A stretch of DNA of 38,302 nucleotides from a virus (lineage: Duplodnaviria; Caudoviricetes): IMG/VR virus record IMGVR_UViG_3300025968_000009, positions 1-38,302 of that record. The stretch is one strand, 5' to 3'. The stretch's first letter is position 1; every line of letters starts with the position of its first letter. A model generated the notes under the pieces. The model saw only the letters and a list, made by a program, of their open reading frames with translations, ran no database searches and was not told the origin of the DNA. This document shows positions 25,268-33,719 of the stretch, piece after piece. Both the position numbers and the translations under genes were made by a program.

Positions 25268-26960
25268 CGTTCACTCCCACGGTCATACGTTCCCGGTCAG
25301 ATGCCGACCCTCCGAACCGCCCTTGGTCCCGGATTGTAGCCGTCGCCGTGGGGCCATCGGAGATCGTGATCCCTGGACGGAGGACCTGGGCCACCCGCTG
25401 CCCTGTCGCTGCCGTGCTGGATGCCATCCCCAGGACCACCGCTCCGAACCCATCATGCACGCCCTGGGCCTGGGTCAGGGACTCCAGGGAGATCCCCAGG
25501 ATCCCGGACCTGGAGGACGCGCCCAGGACCGCGACCGCCGATCCCAGGGAGATCCCCAGGACGGACGCCGCATCCTTCCGCCCCTGGACGGAGACGGAGG
25601 ACGTGAGGGCCAGGGACCACGATCCCGCCGCCGCCTGTGCCGCCGTCCCCGTCGCGGACGTGCTGGACGCCTGGGAGACGGTGAACGATCCACGCCTCCC
25701 CGTCGTGTCCTGGACGGAGACCGTGGAGGCCAGGGAGACGGAGAGGATCCCCGCCCCATCGTGCCGCCCCAGGACGGACGTCGCGGAGGAATGAGGGACC
25801 GATACCGTCCCCGCCCGCCCGCTCCTGCCCTGGGCCGCTGTGGCGCTGCTGTGGGCCACGGACGCGGATCCCCTCCGTCCCGTCGCGCCCTGGACGGACG
25901 TCGCGGAGACGTGGGTGATCGCGAACGATCCGGAGAAGTCGAAGGTTGGCTTGGTCCCCGTCGCCGCCGTCGCGGACGCATGGGAGACGGAGACGGAACC
26001 CTGTCCGCCCTTCCTCCCCGCCGCCGCCGTCGCGGAGACGTGCGAGACGGAGAGGGATCCGGTACGTCCCTTCCTCCCCTGGACGGACGTGCTGGAGACG
26101 TGGGTGATCGCGAGGGAGGAGGACCCGCCGCCCAGGGCGGACGTCGCGGATGCGTGCGAGACCGTCCAGGACCCGCGCCCGCCCTTGTTCGCCGTGTCCG
26201 CCGTGGAGGACGTGTGGGAGACGGAGGAGATCCCGGCCCCTCCCTTGCGCCCCTGGACGGCGACCGAGGAGGCATGGGCGACGGAGAATGATCCGGACTT
26301 GTCGAATGAGGGGGTGAACTCCCGGATGGCGACCACGGCCCAGGCACCATCGTCCGACGATTGGGTCCAGCCGAACGTCGTGAGGGCTGCACCCGTCCCG
26401 GTGTAGAGGGAGGTCCGTCGGTTGATGACTGCGACGAAGTTCCCGAAGTCCACGCTGTGGGACCGGGTCAGGGAGGCATCGTCCGTGATGCTGGAGAGGG
26501 CATTCTCGCCCGAGTAGAGTCCACCGCCCAGCCAGCAGACCACCCCGGAGGGGATCACCAGGGAGGTCGAGATGGTCGAGATGCTGGTGGAGTTCCCCTC
26601 GTCATAGCCGACGTTGATCCCACCGGGGACCACCTCGGTCTCGCCGGTCGCTGAGGTCAGGGTGTAGACCGTGGCGATGTAGGCCGTGGATCCGGACCGG
26701 ACCACCTCTACGGTCTGGACCCCATCGGCAGGGTTGTTCAGGAACCAGCAGGAGGTCGTCCCGGACTCCCCGGCGGTGTTCCGTCCGGTGGCGATCCGGG
26801 TCATGCTGACGCCGCCATAGGTGACGTCGGAGGTCTCGTCTACCGCGCCGCCCGTGCAGACGACCACGGCCCCAGCGCAGGAGGCCGTGTTCGGGCTACT
26901 CCAGGACCGGGTCCCGGTCCCCGAGGCTAGGTTGGTCGAGGACCCGTAGGCGACTGCCAT
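25260..26960 (-). CDS. fibre-like structural protein: N-terminal beta domain plus ~15 tandem ~20-aa Ser/His repeats
   Basis: repeats such as GSLSVSHVSATAAAGRKG; Ser/Thr/Gly/Ala rich. Confidence 0.7.
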   Translation of the reverse strand: MAVAYGSSTNLASGTGTRSWSSPNTASCAGAVVVCTGGAVDETSDVTYGGVSMTRIATGRNTAGESGTTSCWFLNNPADGVQTVEVVRSGSTAYIATVYTLTSATGETEVVPGGINVGYDEGNSTSISTISTSLVIPSGVVCWLGGGLYSGENALSSITDDASLTRSHSVDFGNFVAVINRRTSLYTGTGAALTTFGWTQSSDDGAWAVVAIREFTPSFDKSGSFSVAHASSVAVQGRKGGAGISSVSHTSSTADTANKGGRGSWTVSHASATSALGGGSSSLAITHVSSTSVQGRKGRTGSLSVSHVSATAAAGRKGGQGSVSVSHASATAATGTKPTFDFSGSFAITHVSATSVQGATGRRGSASVAHSSATAAQGRSGRAGTVSVPHSSATSVLGRHDGAGILSVSLASTVSVQDTTGRRGSFTVSQASSTSATGTAAQAAAGSWSLALTSSVSVQGRKDAASVLGISLGSAVAVLGASSRSGILGISLESLTQAQGVHDGFGAVVLGMASSTAATGQRVAQVLRPGITISDGPTATATIRDQGRFGGSASDRERMTVGVNDG

Positions 26961-26982
26961 GCGTCTCCCCTGGACACCCAGG

Positions 26983-27017
26983 GGCGGGCGATCTCCTCCT
27001 CCAGGGGACCGCCCGCC
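26983..27017 (-). terminator. intergenic hairpin between the 123-aa and 566-aa genes
   Basis: GGCGGGCG...CGCCCGCC stem. Confidence 0.45.
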
Positions 27018-27026
27018 ACTCCTGGA

Positions 27027-27398
27027 CTAGGTGACGGAGATGGTCGCCGCCGTGACGGTATAGGTTCCCTGGCCACCGTAGGTTTCGTCGGTGATCTCCG
27101 CGTCCCCGAAGTACGTCCCGCCCGTCACGGCAGAGAACAGGCCGACGCGTCGGATCGTGGTGCCGCTGGGTACATCGAACACGGCAGTCCCGGTGATCGC
27201 CTTGCTGCCCGCCGCCGCCGCGTTCCAGACCACCGCCTGGCGCGCGTAGGCCGGGGATCCGCCCGTGACCTCGCCGCCGGAACCGGACCCGATCACGTCC
27301 GTGTGGAGAGAGAGGAAGCCGATCCCCGCCGCCGGGGCCGCTGGCGTCTCATCCAGGGCGTCCAGCATCTGGTTCAGTCCTACCGCGATGAGTCCCAT
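27027..27398 (-). CDS. small phage fibre/minor virion protein (SLHT..EVTGG..YARQAV.W family)
   Basis: LSLHT..GGEVTGGSPAYARQAVVW..FDVP..GLFSAVTGGT motif, typical of actinophage-type minor structural proteins. Confidence 0.7.
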   Translation of the reverse strand: MGLIAVGLNQMLDALDETPAAPAAGIGFLSLHTDVIGSGSGGEVTGGSPAYARQAVVWNAAAAGSKAITGTAVFDVPSGTTIRRVGLFSAVTGGTYFGDAEITDETYGGQGTYTVTAATISVT

Positions 27399-27557
27399 CT
27401 AGACGTCCTCCTCCGCGTCCACGGGGATCTCCCCGGACGCCTCTGTGATCTCTGCCTGGAGGCGCGCGATCTCTGCCTCCACGTCCGCCGCCGTTCGTCC
27501 GTCGCCCTCAGAGGACTTGCGACCCTCCACGCGGAAGTCCACCTGGACCTCTAGCAT
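27399..27557 (-). CDS. small acidic hypothetical protein (52 aa, MLEVQVDFRVEG...)
   Basis: GAGGAGG RBS; fills the gap between terL and the next gene; below track cutoff. Confidence 0.6.
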   Translation of the reverse strand: MLEVQVDFRVEGRKSSEGDGRTAADVEAEIARLQAEITEASGEIPVDAEEDV

Positions 27558-27567
27558 CCGATCCTCC

Positions 27568-28866
27568 TCAGTACGCGGTGATACTCCGCCGCTCTGGCTT
27601 CGCGAGTTCGGTCAGAGCATAGACCGTCGCGTCCACCCGATCATCGTGGTCCGTCGCGACAGGGAACGCCGTCTGTTGCTCCTCCAGGACCGGGAACACG
27701 CCCACGTGGTGGACCCGCCCCTGCTCATAGAGTGCGACCACCGGCTCCGCCCGCAGCACCTTGCCTTTCTTGGCATGGACCGTGGAGATCCTGGGGACCT
27801 CCCTGGACGTCCTGGAGCATACCGCGCGGAGGACCGCCGCGACCATCTCCCCGCCCTGGTTCGTCTCCGCGACGATCATGTCCGCCGCGTGGAGATCGTA
27901 GAGGTGGAGGACCCTGGACCCCCAGACCTCCGGAGACGCCCGCAGACCCTCCGCCTCCAGGACGTAGTAGTCGCCGTCCTCGCCCTTCCCCGCCACGGTC
28001 ACGCCCGTCTCATCGCTGTCCGGTCCGTGGGTCGTCGCCGGATCCACCGCCAGGACGCGCCGCACCATCGCGGGAGATGCGTGGACCCGTCCCCCTTCGA
28101 TCATCGCGCCCGTCCAGAGCGCCCCTTCGATCTCCTCCAGGATCTCCGCGTGGAGTTCCTGGCGACCCATCCGCGTCCCCTCATACCGCTGCACGATCTC
28201 CGACAGGAACGCCGGGGAGAGGTTCGCCGCGTTGTCGTAGGTGGATCCCTGGGTGAGGACCACGCGCCCCAGGGGATCCCCCTCCAGACGCGACCGATCC
28301 CGGAGTTCGCGGATCAGCGCGGTCGGCTTCGGGGTCGTGGTGATGATCGCCTGGGGACTGTCGCCCAGACGGAGACCCAGGAGGGCCATGTCCCACGCCT
28401 CCGGGTAGCGCCATGCCGCGAGTTCGTCCGCCCAGAGTTTCGTGTGCTGGGGACCACGGAGACGGTCCGGTTCGTCCGCTGTAAAGATCGTCCCGATGGA
28501 CCCGGACGGGAACTCCAGACGGAACCGGTTCGCGATGTACCGCGCGGGCCGCTCCGGCGGGAACACGGCGAGGATCCCCGCGACCCCCTCCACCATGATC
28601 TCCCGCGCGTCGGTCTTGGTCGGCGCGATGAGACCGATGTGGCTGTTCGTCTCCGACCACTCCCGGACCGCCTCCGCGCCCGTCCGGGTCTTCCCCCATC
28701 CGCGACCGGCCAGGATCATCCAGACCCGCCAGTCCCCCAGAGGGAGGATCTGGTCAGGTCTCCCCGCCGTCCTCCAGTCGTGCTGCCGGATCCTTCTCCG
28801 CCGCTCCCGCTCCGCCTCCACCAGACGCAGCACGGAGGCGTCGGTAGGCGTGTTCCAGGTCCTCAT
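27568..28866 (-). CDS. terL: terminase large subunit
   Basis: Walker A AGRGWGKT, LRGPQ, Walker B WADE, TTTP, nuclease AVDPA..HDDRVDA. Confidence 0.97.
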   Translation of the reverse strand: MRTWNTPTDASVLRLVEAERERRRRIRQHDWRTAGRPDQILPLGDWRVWMILAGRGWGKTRTGAEAVREWSETNSHIGLIAPTKTDAREIMVEGVAGILAVFPPERPARYIANRFRLEFPSGSIGTIFTADEPDRLRGPQHTKLWADELAAWRYPEAWDMALLGLRLGDSPQAIITTTPKPTALIRELRDRSRLEGDPLGRVVLTQGSTYDNAANLSPAFLSEIVQRYEGTRMGRQELHAEILEEIEGALWTGAMIEGGRVHASPAMVRRVLAVDPATTHGPDSDETGVTVAGKGEDGDYYVLEAEGLRASPEVWGSRVLHLYDLHAADMIVAETNQGGEMVAAVLRAVCSRTSREVPRISTVHAKKGKVLRAEPVVALYEQGRVHHVGVFPVLEEQQTAFPVATDHDDRVDATVYALTELAKPERRSITAY

Positions 28867-29263
28867 CGCTCATCCCCTCCAGGAGGCCCGCGATCTCCAC
28901 GGGGATTGCCGCGCCCTCTGGACCGGAGATCTCCGACCGCTCCGCGTAGTGCTTCGGCCATCGTAGACGCATCCAGGCCAGGGAGGCTTGCCAGTTGCCA
29001 CGCTGCACCGCCTGTCGGACCGCGCCCACCGTGAGGACGTGGACCTCCGCCTCCGCCCTCCGGACTCTCTCCGCAAACTCCACGAACAGGGGAGATCCCC
29101 GGCGTGTGGATCGCCCCTCTCCGCGCGCCATCCACTCCCAGAATGTCGAGGGAGCGATCCCCATCGCCTGGGCCGCGACCTCCAGGGGGGCACCGGACTT
29201 CACGGCCAGGACGATCCCGTCCGCGACCTCCGGAGTGAGCCGTGTTCTACGTCCTGTCTGCAT
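28754..29263 (-). CDS. putative terminase small subunit (HTH)
   Basis: GRRTRLTPE..AAQAMGIAPSTFWEW HTH, WQASLAWMRLRWP, ISGPEG; directly upstream of terL; start at 29263. Confidence 0.75.
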   Translation of the reverse strand: MQTGRRTRLTPEVADGIVLAVKSGAPLEVAAQAMGIAPSTFWEWMARGEGRSTRRGSPLFVEFAERVRRAEAEVHVLTVGAVRQAVQRGNWQASLAWMRLRWPKHYAERSEISGPEGAAIPVEIAGLLEGMSDEDLEHAYRRLRAASGGGGAGAAEKDPAARLEDGGET

Positions 29264-29519
29264 CGCCCGCCTCCAGGAGACGCCCGTCCCGGTACGCCTC
29301 CAGACGCCCAGCATAGGCCGTCCACTCTGGGGCGGCGATCCCCGTGTCGATCCAGACCCGCGCGTGGCGCACGATCACCGCGCAGCAGAGAATGTGGACC
29401 GGGACCTCCATCCCGATCCCAGGGGCCAGGGCACGCGACGTCGCATCCTTCCCGCACCAGATGCACGGACCCTGGGAGATGCCCGTCCTGGAGAGGGACC
29501 CGTGGATGGTGAGATCCAT
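29247..29519 (-). CDS. hypothetical protein with CxxC..HxxC motif
   Basis: MDLTIHGS..CIWCG..HILCC; TGATG coupling. Confidence 0.55.
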   Translation of the reverse strand: MDLTIHGSLSRTGISQGPCIWCGKDATSRALAPGIGMEVPVHILCCAVIVRHARVWIDTGIAAPEWTAYAGRLEAYRDGRLLEAGDADRT

Positions 29520-29767
29520 CACTCCGGGACCTCCACGCCCAGGAGGAGGAACACGTCCCCAGGGACCTCCAGGTGCGCCGGGACCTCCACCACGGGGAGA
29601 CCCAGGACGCGGGACCATCGCCCGCGCTCCGGATCTTCGATCACGTCCCGCCGCATCCCCACCGCGACCGGATGCTGCTTCCCGCTCCGGAGACGGCTCA
29701 CGTCCCGGTAGAGCGCCGCGATGATCCGCTGCTCCTCATCCGTGGGCCGTCGTAGCGTGTCGCTCAT
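29519..29767 (-). CDS. hypothetical protein
   Basis: 82 aa; GGAG RBS after the glycosyltransferase. Confidence 0.6.
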   Translation of the reverse strand: MSDTLRRPTDEEQRIIAALYRDVSRLRSGKQHPVAVGMRRDVIEDPERGRWSRVLGLPVVEVPAHLEVPGDVFLLLGVEVPE

Positions 29768-29779
29768 CCCTGGATCTCC

Positions 29780-30577
29780 TCAGACGCCCCGGATCGGGAC
29801 CTTCACGATGGGATTGGTGGACCGATGGAGTTGGAGTTTCACCACGTCGGATCCCCACCGCCGCTGCAGACGGTGCGCCTGTCGGACTTCCTCGCCCATA
29901 TCGCGCCGCCCCGTGAGGCCCCCAGGGGACTCCCCCAGATGCTCGGCGTCGTAGTAGTACGCGTTCATCCGCCAGATCCGGTGGTAGCGATGGAGGACCC
30001 GGAGGGAGAAGTCGAAGTCTTCCTTGAGCCACAGGTCCTCATCGAACGCGAGACCCGGATCCCGCTCCGCGCATACGCCCATGAACGTCCCCAGGACCAC
30101 GGACGTCAGCCCGAACGGCGTGTAGGGCCGGTAGAACCGGCGATCCCTCGCGACGTTGATCCCCCAGAGGACCGTCCCGACCTCGCGCGCCATCCGGAAC
30201 CCCGTCTCCAGGAGCCAGTCGACGTCATCCAGGGAGAGGCGACGTTCCAGGGCCATCCTGGGCTTCGATCTGGACGGGGCCGTCTGGTAGAACCCCTCCC
30301 ACTTCCCGATGTGGTCCAGGTCATCGTCGGCCATGAGGACGTCCCGCCCAGGGAAGTGCCGAAGGATCGCGTTGCGGGCCTTCGCGATGTTCCCGTCCTC
30401 CTCCTCTGGGATCCCCCAGACGGACCACCCAGGAGGGAGATCCTGGAGGGCGAGGTACGTCTCCTCCTGGCGTGCAGGGACCGCGATCACCCCGCGCGGG
30501 AACACGCGGACCGTGGAGACGTTCCCCGCCCGCCCGAAGGATGGGACCACGGCCAGGGGCCGGGTGTCGTCTGTCAC
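29780..30577 (-). CDS. GREB1-like / TET-associated (TAGT) GT-A glycosyltransferase
   Basis: VPSFGRA, ARNAIL, LMADDD (DxD), LKEDFDFSL, PGG..R..L.RRW motifs. Confidence 0.8.
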   Translation of the reverse strand: MTDDTRPLAVVPSFGRAGNVSTVRVFPRGVIAVPARQEETYLALQDLPPGWSVWGIPEEEDGNIAKARNAILRHFPGRDVLMADDDLDHIGKWEGFYQTAPSRSKPRMALERRLSLDDVDWLLETGFRMAREVGTVLWGINVARDRRFYRPYTPFGLTSVVLGTFMGVCAERDPGLAFDEDLWLKEDFDFSLRVLHRYHRIWRMNAYYYDAEHLGESPGGLTGRRDMGEEVRQAHRLQRRWGSDVVKLQLHRSTNPIVKVPIRGV

Positions 30578-31218
30578 GTCGGGATCATCCGGAGGACCGC
30601 CGCGCCCTGGATCACGCGCCCGACGCCCTTCCGCTCATAGGTTTCTGTCGAGTCCTGGGCCTTCACCGTCTCCAGCCCGAACCTCTCCACCGCGACGGAC
30701 CAGTCCAGGTCGTTGTCGAACAGGAGGACCACGTAGTTGTGGCTCTCCAGGAGTTCCGTGGCGAACGGGATCTCCGCCGGGACCTTCGCTCCCTGGGACT
30801 TCTCCAGACCCTCCAGGAACGCGTCTACATCGTCCCCGTCGTAGCCCGTCCCCCGGAGGTTCCCTTCCGCCGCGATCTTCCGGAGGAGGGCACCCAGCGC
30901 GTCCTCATCGTAGGAGCCGAGTTCGGACGTCCGGTTGTCCGCGATGAGGAACGCTTCGGCGGTCTTGTCGTCCATCGGGACCACGTTCGCCGCGATCTCC
31001 TCCCATCCCAGGGCGACCGCCGCCCGCCAGAGGTGGTTCCCCGCGACGATGTACCGGGTGGACTCCTGGACCACGATGGGTTTCTGCTGGCCGAACCGCC
31101 GAAGGGACTCCGCGATGGCCCCCACGTCGCCCTCGCGGGGATTGCCTGGGAACGGTTCCACCGTGTCCACGCGGATCCGGAGATCACGCAGCGCCGCTGC
31201 GATCTTGGTATCGCTCAT
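30574..31218 (-). CDS. ParB/Sulfiredoxin N-terminal (ParBc) domain protein
   Basis: PFPGNPR..IAESLRRFG..PIVV..IVAGNHLWRAA..LG..IADNRTSELG. Confidence 0.9.
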   Translation of the reverse strand: MSDTKIAAALRDLRIRVDTVEPFPGNPREGDVGAIAESLRRFGQQKPIVVQESTRYIVAGNHLWRAAVALGWEEIAANVVPMDDKTAEAFLIADNRTSELGSYDEDALGALLRKIAAEGNLRGTGYDGDDVDAFLEGLEKSQGAKVPAEIPFATELLESHNYVVLLFDNDLDWSVAVERFGLETVKAQDSTETYERKGVGRVIQGAAVLRMIPT

Positions 31219-31718
31219 CCAGGGACCTCCGTCACGGTCAGAACCGTCTCATCTTGCGCTGCGCCCACCTGGACGTCCAGAGGGCCGAAGCCTACCAGGA
31301 CCCCGGAGTGGTCATCCTGGAGGATCCCGGAGGAGACCAGGGCGTCCACCACGGGTTTCAGTCCCGCGATGAGGTTGTCCAGGTCGCGCGTCCTCCGGAC
31401 CCGGAACCGCCAGGAGACCGCGATGGTCGCCCGCGTGAGGGGCCACCATTCCGCCTCCGGTGTGTAGGACGTGGACCCCAGGGATCTCCCAGACCGCCCG
31501 ACCGCTGTCACCATCCACGCCCGCGCGTACTCGCCCCGCGTCATCGCCCGGACCGCCTCATCGTGCGCGATCCCCTTCCAGACCTCGCGGGACTTCCGGA
31601 CCTGGAACCGGTTCATCCGGTGGAGATCGTTCCCCCCAGGAGGATGCCCAGGGATCCGGACCTCCACGCTGCGAGGGACCCGGATCGTCGCCCTCGCCTC
31701 CTGGATCATTGCGTCCAT
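31215..31718 (-). CDS. rusA: RusA-like Holliday junction resolvase
   Basis: PPGGN..RDLDN..KPVVDAL..GILQDD catalytic pattern; start moved to 31718. Confidence 0.8.
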   Translation of the reverse strand: MDAMIQEARATIRVPRSVEVRIPGHPPGGNDLHRMNRFQVRKSREVWKGIAHDEAVRAMTRGEYARAWMVTAVGRSGRSLGSTSYTPEAEWWPLTRATIAVSWRFRVRRTRDLDNLIAGLKPVVDALVSSGILQDDHSGVLVGFGPLDVQVGAAQDETVLTVTEVPG

Positions 31719-31894
31719 TCGTCCTCCCCTGGACGGAACCGGACCGTCCCGTCCGGGCCGACCTCTCCCACCACGCGCCCCAGGGCGCGCCGCCTCCAGC
31801 ACGCGGGGTGGAAGTAGACCGTGCCGCGAGGGAGGACCAGCCACCCGATCCTCCAGGACCAGATCCGACGCCCGCAGATGCGGCACCGCCTCAT
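31706..31894 (-). CDS. small zinc-finger-like protein
   Basis: CRICG..HPAC; ATGA coupling. Confidence 0.55.
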   Translation of the reverse strand: MRRCRICGRRIWSWRIGWLVLPRGTVYFHPACWRRRALGRVVGEVGPDGTVRFRPGEDEWTQ

Positions 31895-32142
31895 CCCAGG
31901 ATCTCCGGGCAACGGTGCACGGATGCACCATACCCGCAGACCCCGCAGACCGAACCGGGTCCATCGTAGAAGCCTGGGGACCGGACCGGGGGATCTTCCG
32001 CGAGGACGTCCAGGGAGAGACCATCATCCCCAGGGGTGACGGTGGCATCCGGGTACTCCGCCCCGATCCTCTCCAGGATCTTGCCCACCGCTCCCATGTC
32101 GAGAGGGAGGTGGATGGTGACTATCGTCCGCCGTTCGCTCAT
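31891..32142 (-). CDS. hypothetical protein with C-terminal CxxC..H.C
   Basis: MSERRTIV... start at 32142, coupled to the upstream stop. Confidence 0.6.
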   Translation of the reverse strand: MSERRTIVTIHLPLDMGAVGKILERIGAEYPDATVTPGDDGLSLDVLAEDPPVRSPGFYDGPGSVCGVCGYGASVHRCPEILG

Positions 32143-32792
32143 CGGAGACCCTTCCCGCCGCAGTAGATGCAGCCTTCCCAGAGGTTCCCGCCCGTCCCAT
32201 CGCACTTGGTACACGGCAGGGGACCGCCGAACGTGAGGCGATGAGACGCGGGATCCACGCGAGGGGTCGCGATCTTCCGCTGCCGCTCCTCCTCCGCCGT
32301 CGCCGCCCGCGCCGCGTCCCTGGAGGATGCCTCGGCCTTCCTGGGGTTCACGTAGACGTCCGCCTTGCCGTCCCGCTCATACCGGACCAGATGATCCGGG
32401 ACGCCCTCCTGGGGCGATCCTGGACGGCCAGGGGACCGGAGGGGCGAGACCTGGGGCGGGGGATCTCCCCGACGCTCCGACCGGACCCAGACCGTGAGCC
32501 GCTGCCCGTGGTCATGTTCGCCTGTCCTGGAGGAGGTCCGGATCTCCCCCGTGTTGGTGATGATCCCGCGACGGACTGCCGCGTTCAGCCGCGCCGCCAT
32601 CCCCTTGCCCACCGGGAACGCCGCGCCCAGGTGCGCCCAGACCTCATCGGTCGTAAACGGCTCGCCCTTCCTCGCGACCTCCGCGATGGCGAGATCCACC
32701 TGTGCCGCCTCCAGGGGCGTCCACTTGTGATCCGCCGATCTCTGGGACTGCCTCATCCCTTCCGCGAACCCATCCATCCCGTAGACCTCCAT
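32139..32792 (-). CDS. putative winged-helix-like DNA-binding protein with C-terminal CxxCxGxG zinc finger
   Basis: PFTTDEVW..GMAARLNAAVRRGIITNTG..VW; CTKCDGTG..CIYCGGKG. Confidence 0.6.
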   Translation of the reverse strand: MEVYGMDGFAEGMRQSQRSADHKWTPLEAAQVDLAIAEVARKGEPFTTDEVWAHLGAAFPVGKGMAARLNAAVRRGIITNTGEIRTSSRTGEHDHGQRLTVWVRSERRGDPPPQVSPLRSPGRPGSPQEGVPDHLVRYERDGKADVYVNPRKAEASSRDAARAATAEEERQRKIATPRVDPASHRLTFGGPLPCTKCDGTGGNLWEGCIYCGGKGLR

Positions 32793-32795
32793 CCT

Positions 32796-32963
32796 CTAGA
32801 CCCCTGTCGGGGGATCCTCATCATCGCGCCAGCCCATCTCCGCCGCCAGCCGGTCCATCTCATCGTCCGCCCTGGACGCCGCGACGAACGCCGCCCAGAG
32901 CGCGATGGCGACGAACCCCAGGAACGCGAACATGCCACCGCCCAGGACCATCCACAGGTTCAT
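32796..32963 (-). CDS. small single-TM membrane protein
   Basis: MNLWMVLGGGMFAFLGFVAIALWAAF..; GGAGG RBS. Confidence 0.6.
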   Translation of the reverse strand: MNLWMVLGGGMFAFLGFVAIALWAAFVAASRADDEMDRLAAEMGWRDDEDPPTGV

Positions 32964-33126
32964 CCGTTCCTCCCTTGCACTCCGGGCAGATCCCGTCATC
33001 GTCCAGATCGGACGAAAGATCGCCGCACTCATCGCACGGCCAGCACTCGCATCGCTCCCCGATGTGGCCGCGATGCTCCGCGCACGCCCAGTCCCCGCAG
33101 TCCGGGCACCGGATCCGCCGCTTCAC
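32860..33126 (-). CDS. Cys-rich small protein
   Basis: CPDC..CAEH..CEC..CDEC..CPEC; GTGA coupling. Confidence 0.55.
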   Translation of the reverse strand: MKRRIRCPDCGDWACAEHRGHIGERCECWPCDECGDLSSDLDDDGICPECKGGTDEPVDGPGRWHVRVPGVRRHRALGGVRRGVQGGR

Positions 33127-33719
33127 CTCTGGACCTCCACGCGGAGGACTCCCAGGGAGGGATCCCCCAGGGCCGCGAACGCCCGGACGTCCAGATCCAC
33201 GATCCTACGTCCTGGACAGGCGCACCAGTCGGTCAGGCGGACCGTCACGGACCGCGATCCCCTGGAGACCGTGACCACGGATCCCCTCCAGGACTTCCCC
33301 AGGAACCGGCGCAGACCTGGACCCGCCGCCGCCTCCCCAGGGTTCCAGCGGTACCACGTCGCGATCCCCTCCAGGGATGGTCCAGCGTCTCCGATCCGCC
33401 CTGGCCGAATGCTCACGTCGGCTCGGGGAGATGCTGTGTCACCGGGCGGGTCGACCACCCCAGGAGAGGAGATCGGGCCGATCCCGCGAGGGGGGTATCG
33501 CGGAACCGGCCCGGAGGGCGTCGGGAGGAGGGAGGTCACCGGGGATGAGTCGGCTGTCGGTCCGCTCCCGATGCGGGATCCGGCACTAGACCCTCCTGTG
33601 CTGCGCCCTGGGCCGGTCCGGTGTTCGGGACCGGGATCCCCAACCGAACCGCCCCAGGAGGGCAGCATCGCCGCCGTCGCGATCATACCCGCCGCCACGG
33701 CGCGCCGGTAGATCTTCAT
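33123..33719 (-). CDS. secreted RlpA-like double-psi beta-barrel (DPBB) protein
   Basis: N-terminal signal-like segment, Pro/Ser/Gly linker, GIATWY..AAA..VTV..V.LTD.C..RIVDL..AF..LG..GVL.V. Confidence 0.8.
   Translation of the reverse strand: MKIYRRAVAAGMIATAAMLPSWGGSVGDPGPEHRTGPGRSTGGSSAGSRIGSGPTADSSPVTSLLPTPSGPVPRYPPRGIGPISSPGVVDPPGDTASPRADVSIRPGRIGDAGPSLEGIATWYRWNPGEAAAGPGLRRFLGKSWRGSVVTVSRGSRSVTVRLTDWCACPGRRIVDLDVRAFAALGDPSLGVLRVEVQR

Noticed and set aside
30574-31218. Plasmid-prophage ParABS partition system
   Set aside because: Only the ParB N-terminal domain is present, without an evident HTH; no parA; the context is glycosyltransferase and terminase.
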